A stretch of DNA of 64,000 nucleotides from NCBI GenBank assembly GCA_002269645.1, contig NIVC01000652.1, positions 315,295 through 379,294 on the forward strand, in the 5' to 3' direction. How positions within the stretch are numbered: position 1 is the stretch's first letter; the number at the start of each line of letters is the position of its first letter. The translations under genes were made by a program, and so were the position numbers. The notes under the pieces are model-generated. The model did no database searches, was not told where the DNA came from, and was given only the letters and a program-made list of their open reading frames with translations. The DNA comes from Macrostomum lignano. Its lineage: Eukaryota. This document shows positions 47,003 through 58,200 of the stretch, in pieces.

Positions 47003-49971
47003 CACGCCTATGCAGAAGCTGAAAAATGGGGAAAGAAAATTCCCTAAGAAACTAATGCTTTTCCCAGCCCCAAGGACCTATGCAGATTTCAAAAACAGTG
47101 TCAGACAAATCTAATCGCCTTGTCAAAAATGGTAATATGAATTTTTATATTATATGCAAATTACATGTAAGATGATAGATATTTAAGGCGAAACCCATCG
47201 ATAATATTAATGTTAATATAAGTTCGTAGTTTTAATATTATTTTTAATCATTAAAGGAACGTGCAAATGTATTAGTATTAATATTATAAAATGAGAACCA
47301 TGCACTTATTATTGCTAATGTCCGTATGGAATAAAGTGCGCATGGATATTAAGTACACAAGCTAAATCCTAGAAATCTTGGCAGGCATGAAAATGCTTGA
47401 CATCAAATATGGCTGGAATTGTAGCTAACAACTGCGCGCAGCAGGCATTCTGCATACTGCAAATGCCCCAGAGGCCTGCAAAACCGCTGCCACGTCGAAC
47501 GAAAGTCGCTGTGTGCAGACTCGACTGCCTGCTCACTGAAGGTCCCAAGGCCTGAGTTGAATCGCTCGCAGAACTCCGGAACATGGTGGAAAAGGGCGTG
47601 CATCTTAGGTGTCGGCACCAGCTTCAGTTCAGCGCAGCAGGATTCCAGCTGGGCAATCTTCTGGCAAAAGTCGCTCATCAGCTGTTGCCCAAAGCATGCT
47701 TGGCGAACAGCATCGAATGCCATGAGAGCAGACGCATAGCCCTGGAGCCTTGATGGCAGGTTGCTCTTGAGCTCTTGAGCTTTAAGCAGCAATCTGACAC
47801 ACGCAGGGCCTTCCAGACACCCGCCGTGGTACTGCTCGCGACAGATTCCAGCTGAATGCGCCCACTTGTATGCCTTGTCGTCGCCTCAAGCTGAGTTCAG
47901 CTGATCGAGCAGTTTGTTGGTCACACCAAGCATGATGTGCAGCTCTGGTGGTGGCACGAGGTCCAGCATTGGCGTAGAATCAGCCCCAGGGAGAAGAGGC
48001 TGTCTGACACAGCTTGCGTAGTTTCTTGCCAGTCGCTGGCAGCTACCAGCAGCCTCGAATGCCGTGGCCATCCGACGAATGGATCCAAGGGTTCTTATGG
48101 AACCGGCAACTTGCCACGGCGCCTGCCCCTCACAGTAGAGACAAGGATGAGCTGCGGCATGACTTTGAAGGCCACACAGGATGTTGGCTAGCTTGAAGTC
48201 GCAAGCGACTGTGAACTTAATCGATGTCAAGTCTAGCTCATCTAGAAGTGCTCGCACATTTGCATAGTTCTCCTGGACATCCTCAGCAATCGCGATGATA
48301 AACAGTTTTTTTACGCCAAAGTTGCTTATTCGCGACTCCCTGCTCAGCTTCTTAGGTGTGGACTCTGCCTGTGGTTCGGTAGGCAGTACTGGGGCGACAC
48401 TAAGGCAGATTTTTAGCGAGCCACCACCTCCGTCCATCCCCAGCTTCAATCTCACATCGAACTCACTAAATCCTCGCTTTGAGCAAATGAAGCTCAGCAG
48501 TCCCTGCAGATCGGGGCATATGACGGAACATCTTGTGGTATCAGTAAAGCTGCCACCTGAGGACTTTTGAGTGAATTTGAGCTGCCGCATCTCAAAAAAA
48601 CTCTCCGCGATGCTGCCTGCGGCTGCCAGAGCTGCCCGCAGTCCGGGTTGCACGGCCTTACGACTGCCCTCCGCCTGCCTGATAATTGTGGCTGCCATGT
48701 TTGTCTGCCGGTCACTCAGATTGAGAGATGTCTTTAACGTTACTAGTGTCTCGGTCCTCAGCGCTCTCTGCTCATTTGAATCACTTGCATGCCTCAGCTG
48801 CATTGGTGGGCCACCGGTGGCGCTGGAAATAGAAGCCGTTGATCCATGTCCTGATGCTGCTGCTGCTCTTAGCTTTTCACGCATCACGTCATGAGCGATG
48901 TGCTCTTTTGATGTAGGGCTGAGCGTGCGCAGGTACTGCAACTTGCTGGAGACGCTGCACTCGTGCCTTAGGCCTTTGCCCACAAGTGAGTGGCACCTAG
49001 TGCAGCGCTTCTCCGAGTCTCTGTCCTGGCTTCGAGTTGTTTCTGCAGGTCGTCCTTGGGGCAATTTATGGTTGGCCCGGCTGCTGTCAGACATGTATGG
49101 GTGCCAGACCGCCACCCGCTTGTTTGATGGGCTGGAAACTACCTGGCAGATACAGCAGGAGCAGTGCGGATGCTCACGTGTGAGTTGTGGCAAAACCTCC
49201 AAATCTGCAACAATTTGAAGGTATGGCAGTCGAGCAGGCAGTTCTTGCGGTACAGGTGACGTCTGTGACTGCAATTTCTTGATGCAGCAGCTGCACATGC
49301 CTCCTGGCAGAGTATTACGGATGTAGGCATGACAGAATTCTGACAGGATAAATTGCTCGATGAGTTCTGCCTGAGCAGCTGAAATAACGCGATCGGCTTT
49401 GCGGAAGCAGAGGATGCAGCACCAGATACGATTCTCTTCATGTGTGCGTCGAAAGTTTGGCATCGCGAGGCCAGAGAACTGATTTGAGTACTGAGGGTAA
49501 TTGTTTCAATTGACTGCAACTTTATTTTCAAAGGAAGTCTGCGTGTTAGCAAACTTGTGATAAGAGGCATGTTCTACTTTATGAATGTACATAGTCTGTT
49601 CATTGTTTCTCAATCCCTTAATCACAATAGATCTCAATAAATATGTACATTTGAGTTGTCTGCCAAAATTTCTATCTAATAATGTACAGCATTATATAAC
49701 GCCCTTAAATTTATGCTCTAAACTTTGCAATTGATGCCTGCTCTTGTTACGCAATTGTTTTCAGTACTTGCAATGGCGCAACTGACGAATCTAATACTGA
49801 ACATGCAGCTGAGAACACATAATTTCAATTTTCCATTCTATTATTTTTGGACAAGGCGATTAGATTTGTCTGACACTGTTTTTGGAATCTGCATGGGTCC
49901 TTGGGGCTGGGAAAAGCATTAGTTTCTTAGGGAATTTTCTTTCCCCATTTTTCAGCTTCTGCATAGGCGTG
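47003..49971 (-). mobile_element. Chapaev-type DNA transposon, 2969 bp, full length
   Basis: About 122-bp TIRs (47003-47124 and 49850-49971; about 2 mismatches) with 5'-CAC...GTG-3' termini. Exact 4-bp TSD TACT (46999-47002 and 49972-49975); a 5-bp TSD does not fit. Confidence 0.88.
47403..49463 (-). pseudogene. RAG1/Transib-like DDE transposase (about 686 aa) with one in-frame TGA at 47886-47888
   Basis: ORFs 47886-49463 and 47403-47792 are in the same frame: LDQLNSA*GDDKAYKWAHSAGICREQYHGGCLEGPACVRLLLKAQE. N-terminal H-x7-CxxC...CxxC...H-x4-CxxC, GRP, MDGGG (D), CDFK (D), CLYC, PELHIMLG, HALFHHVPE and SEQAVES (E). Confidence 0.85.
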
Positions 49972-50349
49972 TACTGAACTGAAAGTAGAAAGCTGTTTTG
50001 CTAAGTATATATGCCTGAGTGGCCCATCTAGTTATTGTATCTGTGGCCTAGACAGGGAGAGAAAACAGAGTAAACAGAGACAACGAAGGCATGCACACGG
50101 AAGGCCTGTGACGGAATTGTAGAGTAAAGTAAGCCAGCCTGCATCAAACCAATTTTAACAATACGCATGTGCTATTGTGAGAGACGTCAGTGAAACCTTG
50201 GAGGTAATCCACCTATACTAAAAATATAATTAAAACTTCATAAACTGGACAATCGATAACAAGAAGTGGCAAACGGACTCGAGATCCACCGGCCACACCC
50301 ATGTTCGCATGAAAAAATGGCAGGTGTTAGCAGACGTGACGAGCGCATT

Positions 50350-51308
50350 GGGGCCTAAAGTGTCCAACACGCCGGTTTTTCTGCCTTTGAGGCTCTCCAG
50401 CATGCATGAATTCTACGCGTGCGGAATTGTTCAGAAGCTTTGCAAATAATTTTCATGATTTTCTGATGGGGCCTGAAGTGTCCAACACGCCGATTTCTTG
50501 TGCCTTGGGGCTCTCGACCATGAATGAATTATTCTACGCGTGCAGTGTTCAGAAGCTTTGCAAATAATTTTCATGATTTTCTGATGGGGCCTGAAGTGTC
50601 CAACACGCCGATTTCTTGTGCCTTGGGGCTCTCGACCATGAATGAATTATTCTACGCGTGCGGAATTGTTCAGAAGCTTTGCAAATAATTTTAATGATTT
50701 TCTGATGGGGCCTGAAGTGTCCAACACGCCGATTTCTTGTGCCTTGGGCTCTCGACCATGAATGAATTATTCTACGCGTGCGGAATTGTTCAGAAGCTTT
50801 GCAAATAATTTTCATGATTTTCTGATGGGGCCTGAAGTGTCCAACACGCCGATTTCTTGTGCCTTGGGGCTCTCGACCATGAATGAATTATTCTACGCGT
50901 GCAGAAGTGTTCAGAAGCTTTGCAAATAATTTTCATGATTTTCTGATGGGGCCTGAAGTGTCCAACACGCCGATTTCTTGTGCCTTGGGGCTCTCGACCA
51001 TGAATGAATTATTCTACGCGTGCAGAAGTGTTCAGAAGCTTTGCAAATAATTTTCATGATTTTCTGATGGGGCCTGAAGTGTCCAACACGCCGATTTCTT
51101 GTGCCTTGGGCTCTCGACCATGAATGAATTATTCTACGCGTGCAGAAGTGTTCAGAAGCTTTGCAAATAATTTTCATGATTTTCTGATGGGGCCTGAAGT
51201 GTCCAACACGCCGATTTCTTGTGCCTTGGGGCTCTCGACCATGAATGAATTATTCTACGCGTGCAGAAGTGTTCAGAAGCTTTGCAAATAATTTTCATGA
51301 TTTTCTGA
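50350..51308. repeat. About 120-bp tandem satellite, 8 copies
   Basis: Unit starts GGGCCTGAAGTGTCCAACACGCCG at about 50351, 50469, 50587, 50708, 50828, 50949, 51070 and 51190. Confidence 0.93.
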
Positions 51309-51580
51309 GGATCTACATGTCGTGGGATTTGCTCGTGTGCAAACGTACTGTCGGGATCCTCGATGAACTGTTTCACCACTAAACGCTTTCACATTAAATG
51401 TCCCCACGAATGTGCAAGCTATAAACCAAATCTGTAAGTTGTATGACCTTGGTGGTCGTTAGCAGCACAGTATAAAATGCGAGTGACTCACTCGAAAGGC
51501 AAAATCTAAATTTTGATTATACATTCAAGTCTTGTGTATTTTATTAATCCAGCGCATACTCAGTTTCGCACGGCGTTTGC

Positions 51581-51945
51581 CTACTCTTTATAGAAAAACG
51601 CCAACTCAATAATGATGACCTTGTGATATGGCTTCGGCGTGACCTCCATTGCTTGCGCATTCGCGCATTCAAAGTTATTGTACCGCCTGAACGTTGGGAA
51701 GTGTTTCTCCTTGCCGGATGGCAGGCATCGGAAATTCAAGTTCTCTGCGCTGCTTCTGGCGTTTGACTTTGCCATTAAAAGAAACTTTTTATATCAACTG
51801 TCTTCGAAAACGTGTAAAACAGAAAGTCACGCCCGGGACCATCAGCGTAAGCGACTCCGTACGACCACACATTCAAGTCTATAGAATACCTGCACGTTTT
51901 CGATATGCCGTCTTTAGAAGAGCACTCGATATTAACTCGATCTAA
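51581..51945 (-). CDS. Possible terminal exon of the Cys-rich gene (needs one frameshift)
   Basis: After an AG near 51943 the frame reads DRVNIECSSKDGISKTCRYSIDLNVWSYG...IKSFF. It shifts in a T-run into MAKSNAR...KVIIIELAFFYKE*. The link via a 43-bp intron (52206-52164) and a short exon is unresolved. Confidence 0.35.
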
Positions 51946-52206
51946 ATGTCGGTGGGAAAGTGGATATAATTTTTATTCACGTTTTTATAAGTTCCAATAT
52001 AAGTAAATTATGAGTACCGTCCCGAACAGATGTCTAAAAATAGCTCCAAAGCTGGTATCCCGTCCTACTGGCACAGGGACTGCCTCAGGCCACAACTTGT
52101 GACGCTCGATTAGCAATAAACTCCTGTCAGGTCAAGTCGTTGACAATGTCCCCAAAAAGCTAACTACAAAAAATAAAACGGAAAATAAATTATAAAATCA
52201 GCTCAC

Positions 52207-55200
52207 CATAACATTTATATTTTGTGAGTGTCGGGGTGAACTCGGGGCACTCGTCGCATATGCTCATACCAGATCGATATGACAAATTGTTCTCCAAGTT
52301 GCACTGTATGCATTCGGTAGCCCGCTGAATACTGGATCGCGTGCCAGGGGGGCAGGGCGTGCAGGTGCTACTACCAGTTTTGTTCGTGAAGTAGCCAGGG
52401 AAACAATCAAAGCATTTGTCTGAACCAGGGCTTGGCGCGTATTGCCCTACCCGGCAAAGACTGCAACGCGTAGAGCCAGGCTCCTCAGCCACGCTGCCAG
52501 GGGGCACATCGTGCAGCTAGAGGTGCCCTCCCGATCTGCAAAATGCCCCCCGAACATTGAATGCAGTGCCTTGATCCAGCAGGCGAAAAATGACCCTTGG
52601 GGCACAAGCGGCAGGACAAAGCACCCGAACGGCTCCAGCTGCCTGCATTGCATAACTCGCACAAAGAGGCACCGCTATGGCCGCTGTATCTGCCAGGCGA
52701 CAAGGTTTGCACTCACTTGAGCCGTTAGAATTAGCAAAAGTTCCAGAGAACATCGCCTGCAAGAAGAAGATCCAGCAGACGAGGAAAATGATCCAGGGAT
52801 GCAGGCAGTACACGCACTTGAACCAAGTCCACTCCAGGTGCCTACGGGACAAGGATTATAGGAGGTCGAACCGACTCCATTTATAAAATAGCCAGCAGGA
52901 CTAGGGGTGCATTCTATTGAATTCAAAGTCGAAGAAAAATATCCAGCAGGACACTTGGTGCATTCCTTGGACCCTTCTTGTTGGCGAAGCTACCCGTGGA
53001 CACTTAGTGCAGGCGCTTAACCCGGCTCGGTCAGCAATGCTTCCTGCCGGGCACTGGGTGCATGCCGAAGAGCCGACAGTTAGATTGTTCCAGGCTCGCA
53101 GTTCGTACACGCGGCCGCGCCTTTACCGCTCCACGTGCCTGCAGGACACGGTTTAGCGCTTGTCGAGCCAGTCTTGTCGACGAATGATCCCGGTGGACTC
53201 GGTGTACACTTGCTAGATCCGGCGATCGCAAACGTTCCCGCCTTGCACTTGGTCGGCTCGGAGGCGCCGTTGGTACACACGCTTCCAGCAGGACACTTGG
53301 TGCATTCCTTGGACCCCTTCTTGTTGGCGAAGCTACCCGGTGGACACTTAGTGCAGGCGCTTAACCCGGCTCGGTCAGCAATGCTTCCTGCCGGGCACTG
53401 GGTGCATGCCGAAGAGCCGACAGTTGAGATTGTTCCAGGCTCGCAGTTCGTACACGCGGCCGCGCCTTTACCGCTCCACGTGCCTGCAGGACACGGTTTA
53501 GCGCTTGTCGAGCCAGTCTTGTCGACGAATGATCCCGGTGGACTCGGTGTACACTTGCTAGATCCGGCGATCGCAAACGTTCCCGCCTTGCACTTGGTCG
53601 GCTCGGAGGCGCCGTTGGTACACACGCTTCCAGCAGGACACTTGGTGCATTCCTTGGACCCCTTCTTGTTGGCGAAGCTACCCGGTGGACACTTAGTGCA
53701 GGCGCTTAACCCGGCTCGGTCAGCAATGCTTCCTGCCGGGCACTGGGTGCATGCCGAAGAGCCGACAGTTGAGATTGTTCCAGGCTCGCAGTTCGTACAC
53801 GCGGCCGCGCCTTTACCGCTCCACGTGCCTGCAGGACACGGTTTAGCGCTTGTCGAGCCAGTCTTGTCGACGAATGATCCCGGTGGACTCGGTGTACACT
53901 TGCTAGATCCGGCGATCGCAAACGTTCCCGCCTTGCACTTGGTCGGCTCGGAGGCGCCGTTGGTACACACGCTTCCAGCAGGACACTTGGTGCATTCCTT
54001 GGACCCCTTCTTGTTGGCGAAGCTACCCGGTGGACACTTAGTGCAGGCGCTTAACCCGGCTCGTCAGCAATGCTTCCTGCCGGGCACTGGGTGCATGCCG
54101 AAGAGCCGACAGTTGAGATTGTTCCAGGCTCGCAGTTCGTACACGCGGCCGCGCCTTTACCGCTCCACGTGCCTGCAGGACACGGTTTAGCGCTTGTCGA
54201 GCCAGTCTTGTCGACGAATGATCCCGGTGGACTCGGTGTACACTTGCTAGATCCGGCGATCGCAAACGTTCCCGCCTTGCACTTGGTCGGCTCGGAGGCG
54301 CCGTTGGTACACACGCTTCCAGCAGGACACTTGGTGCATTCCTTGGACCCCTTCTTGTTGGCGAAGCTACCCGGTGGACACTTAGTGCAGGCGCTTAACC
54401 CGGCTCGGTCAGCAATGCTTCCTGCCGGGCACTGGGTGCATGCCGAAGAGCCGACAGTTGAGATTGTTCCAGGCTCGCAGTTCGTACACGCGGCCGCGCC
54501 TTTACCGCTCCACGTGCCTGCAGGACACGGTTTAGCGCTTGTCGAGCCAGTCTTGTCGACGAATGATCCCGGTGGACTCGGTGTACACTTGCTAGATCCG
54601 GCGATCGCAAACGTTCCCGCCTTGCACTTGGTCGGCTCGGAGGCGCCGTTGGTACACACGCTTCCAGCAGGACACTTGGTGCATTCCTTGGACCCCTTCT
54701 TGTTGGCGAAGCTACCCGGTGGACACTTAGTGCAGGCGCTTAACCCGGCTCGGTCAGCAATGCTTCCTGCCGGGCACTGGGTGCATGCCGAAGAGCCGAC
54801 AGTTGAGATTGTTCCAGGCTCGCAGTTCGTACACGCGGCCGCGCCTTTACCGCTCCACGTGCCTGCAGGACACGGTTTAGCGCTTGTCGAGCCAGTCTTG
54901 TCGACGAATGATCCCGGTGGACTCGGTGTACACTTGCTAGATCCGGCGATCGCAAACGTTCCCGCCTTGCACTTGGTCGGCTCGGAGGCGCCGTTGGTAC
55001 ACACGCTTCCAGCAGGACACTTGGTGCATTCCTTGGACCCCTTCTTGTTGGCGAAGCTACCCGGTGGACACTTAGTGCAGGCGCTTAACCCGGCTCGGTC
55101 AGCAATGCTTCCTGCCGGGCACTGGGTGCATGCCGAAGAGCCGACAGTTGAGATTGTTCCAGGCTCGCAGTTCGTACACGCGGCCGCGCCTTTACCGCTC

Positions 55201-58200
55201 CACGTGCCTGCAGGACACGGTTTAGCGCTTGTCGAGCCAGTCTTGTCGACGAATGATCCCGGTGGACTCGGTGTACACTTGCTAGATCCGGCGATCGCAA
55301 ACGTTCCCGCCTTGCACTTGGTCGGCTCGGAGGCGCCGTTGGTACACACGCTTCCAGCAGGACACTTGGTGCATTCCTTGGACCCCTTCTTGTTGGCGAA
55401 GCTACCCGGTGGACACTTAGTGCAGGCGCTTAACCCGGCTCGGTCAGCAATGCTTCCTGCCGGGCACTGGGTGCATGCCGAAGAGCCGACAGTTGAGATT
55501 GTTCCAGGCTCGCAGTTCGTACACGCGGCCGCGCCTTTACCGCTCCACGTGCCTGCAGGACACGGTTTAGCGCTTGTCGAGCCAGTCTTGTCGACGAATG
55601 ATCCCGGTGGACTCGGTGTACACTTGCTAGATCCGGCGATCGCAAACGTTCCCGCCTTGCACTTGGTCGGCTCGGAGGCGCCGTTGGTACACACGCTTCC
55701 AGCAGGACACTTGGTGCATTCCTTGGACCCCTTCTTGTTGGCGAAGCTACCCGGTGGACACTTAGTGCAGGCGCTTAACCCGGCTCGGTCAGCAATGCTT
55801 CCTGCCGGGCACTGGGTGCATGCCGAAGAGCCGACAGTTGAGATTGTTCCAGGCTCGCAGTTCGTACACGCGGCCGCGCCTTTACCGCTCCACGTGCCTG
55901 CAGGACACGGTTTAGCGCTTGTCGAGCCAGTCTTGTCGACGAATGATCCCGGTGGACTCGGTGTACACTTGCTAGATCCGGCGATCGCAAACGTTCCCGC
56001 CTTGCACTTGGTCGGCTCGGAGGCGCCGTGGTACACACGCTTCCAGCAGGACACTTGGTGCATTCCTTGGACCCCTTCTTGTTGGCGAAGCTACCCGGTG
56101 GACACTTAGTGCAGGCGCTTAACCCGGCTCGGTCAGCAATGCTTCCTGCCGGGCACTGGGTGCATGCCGAAGAGCCGACAGTTGAGATTGTTCCAGGCTC
56201 GCAGTTCGTACACGCGGCCGCGCCTTTACCGCTCCACGTGCCTGCAGGACACGGTTTAGCGCTTGTCGAGCCAGTCTTGTCGACGAATGATCCCGGTGGA
56301 CTCGGTGTACACTTGCTAGATCCGGCGATCGCAAACGTTCCCGCCTTGCACTTGGTCGGCTCGGAGGCGCCGTTGGTACACACGCTTCCAGCAGGACACT
56401 TGGTGCATTCCTTGGACCCCTTCTTGTTGGCGAAGCTACCCGGTGGACACTTAGTGCAGGCGCTTAACCCGGCTCGGTCAGCAATGCTTCCTGCCGGGCA
56501 CTGGGTGCATGCCGAAGAGCCGACAGTTGAGATTGTTCCAGGCTCGCAGTTCGTACACGCGGCCGCGCCTTTACCGCTCCACGTGCCTGCAGGACACGGT
56601 TTAGCGCTTGTCGAGCCAGTCTTGTCGACGAATGATCCCGGTGGACTCGGTGTACACTTGCTAGATCCGGCGATCGCAAACGTTCCCGCCTTGCACTTGG
56701 TCGGCTCGGAGGCGCCGTTGGTACACACGCTTCCAGCAGGACACTTGGTGCATTCCTTGGACCCCTTCTTGTTGGCGAAGCTACCCGGTGGACACTTAGT
56801 GCAGGCGCTTAACCCGGCTCGGTCAGCAATGCTTCCTGCCGGGCACTGGGTGCATGCCGAAGAGCCGACAGTTGAGATTGTTCCAGGCTCGCAGTTCGTA
56901 CACGCGGCCGCGCCTTTACCGCTCCACGTGCCTGCAGGACACGGTTTAGCGCTTGTCGAGCCAGTCTTGTCGACGAATGATCCCGGTGGACTCGGTGTAC
57001 ACTTGCTAGATCCGGCGATCGCAAACGTTCCCGCCTTGCACTTGGTCGGCTCGGAGGCGCCGTTGGTACACACGCTTCCAGCAGGACACTTGGTGCATTC
57101 CTTGGACCCCTTCTTGTTGGCGAAGCTACCCGGTGGACACTTAGTGCAGGCGCTTAACCCGGCTCGGTCAGCAATGCTTCCTGCCGGGCACTGGGTGCAT
57201 GCCGAAGAGCCGACAGTTGAGATTGTTCCAGGCTCGCAGTTCGTACACGCGGCCGCGCCTTTACCGCTCCACGTGCCTGCAGGACACGGTTTAGCGCTTG
57301 TCGAGCCAGTCTTGTCGACGAATGATCCCGGTGGACTCGGTGTACACTTGCTAGATCCGGCGATCGCAAACGTTCCCGCCTTGCACTTGGTCGGCTCGGA
57401 GGCGCCGTTGGTACACACGCTTCCAGCAGGACACTTGGTGCATTCCTTGGACCCCTTCTTGTTGGCGAAGCTACCCGGTGGACACTTAGTGCAGGCGCTT
57501 AACCCGGCTCGGTCAGCAATGCTTCCTGCCGGGCACTGGGTGCATGCCGAAGAGCCGACAGTTGAGATTGTTCCAGGCTCGCAGTTCGTACACGCGGCCG
57601 CGCCTTTACCGCTCCACGTGCCTGCAGGACACGGTTTAGCGCTTGTCGAGCCAGTCTTGTCGACGAATGATCCCGGTGGACTCGGTGTACACTTGCTAGA
57701 TCCGGCGATCGCAAACGTTCCCGCCTTGCACTTGGTCGGCTCGGAGGCGCCGTTGGTACACACGCTTCCAGCAGGACACTTGGTGCATTCCTTGGACCCC
57801 TTCTTGTTGGCGAAGCTACCCGGTGGACACTTAGTGCAGGCGCTTAACCGGCTCGGTCAGCAATGCTTCCTGCCGGGCACTGGGTGCATGCCGAAGAGCC
57901 GACAGTTGAGATTGTTCCAGGCTCGCAGTTCGTACACGCGGCCGCGCCTTTACCGCTCCACGTGCCTGCAGGACACGGTTTAGCGCTTGTCGAGCCAGTC
58001 TTGTCGACGAATGATCCCGGTGGACTCGGTGTACACTTGCTAGATCCGGCGATCGCAAACGTTCCCGCCTTGCACTTGGTCGGCTCGGAGGCGCCGTTGG
58101 TACACACGCTTCCAGCAGGACACTTGGTGCATTCCTTGGACCCCTTCTTGTTGGCGAAGCTACCCGGTGGACACTTAGTGCAGGCGCTTAACCCGGCTCG

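Noticed and set aside
20421-51308. Regular short repeats superficially like CRISPR arrays
   Set aside because: The units are contiguous with no unique spacers, there are no cas genes, and the context is eukaryotic.
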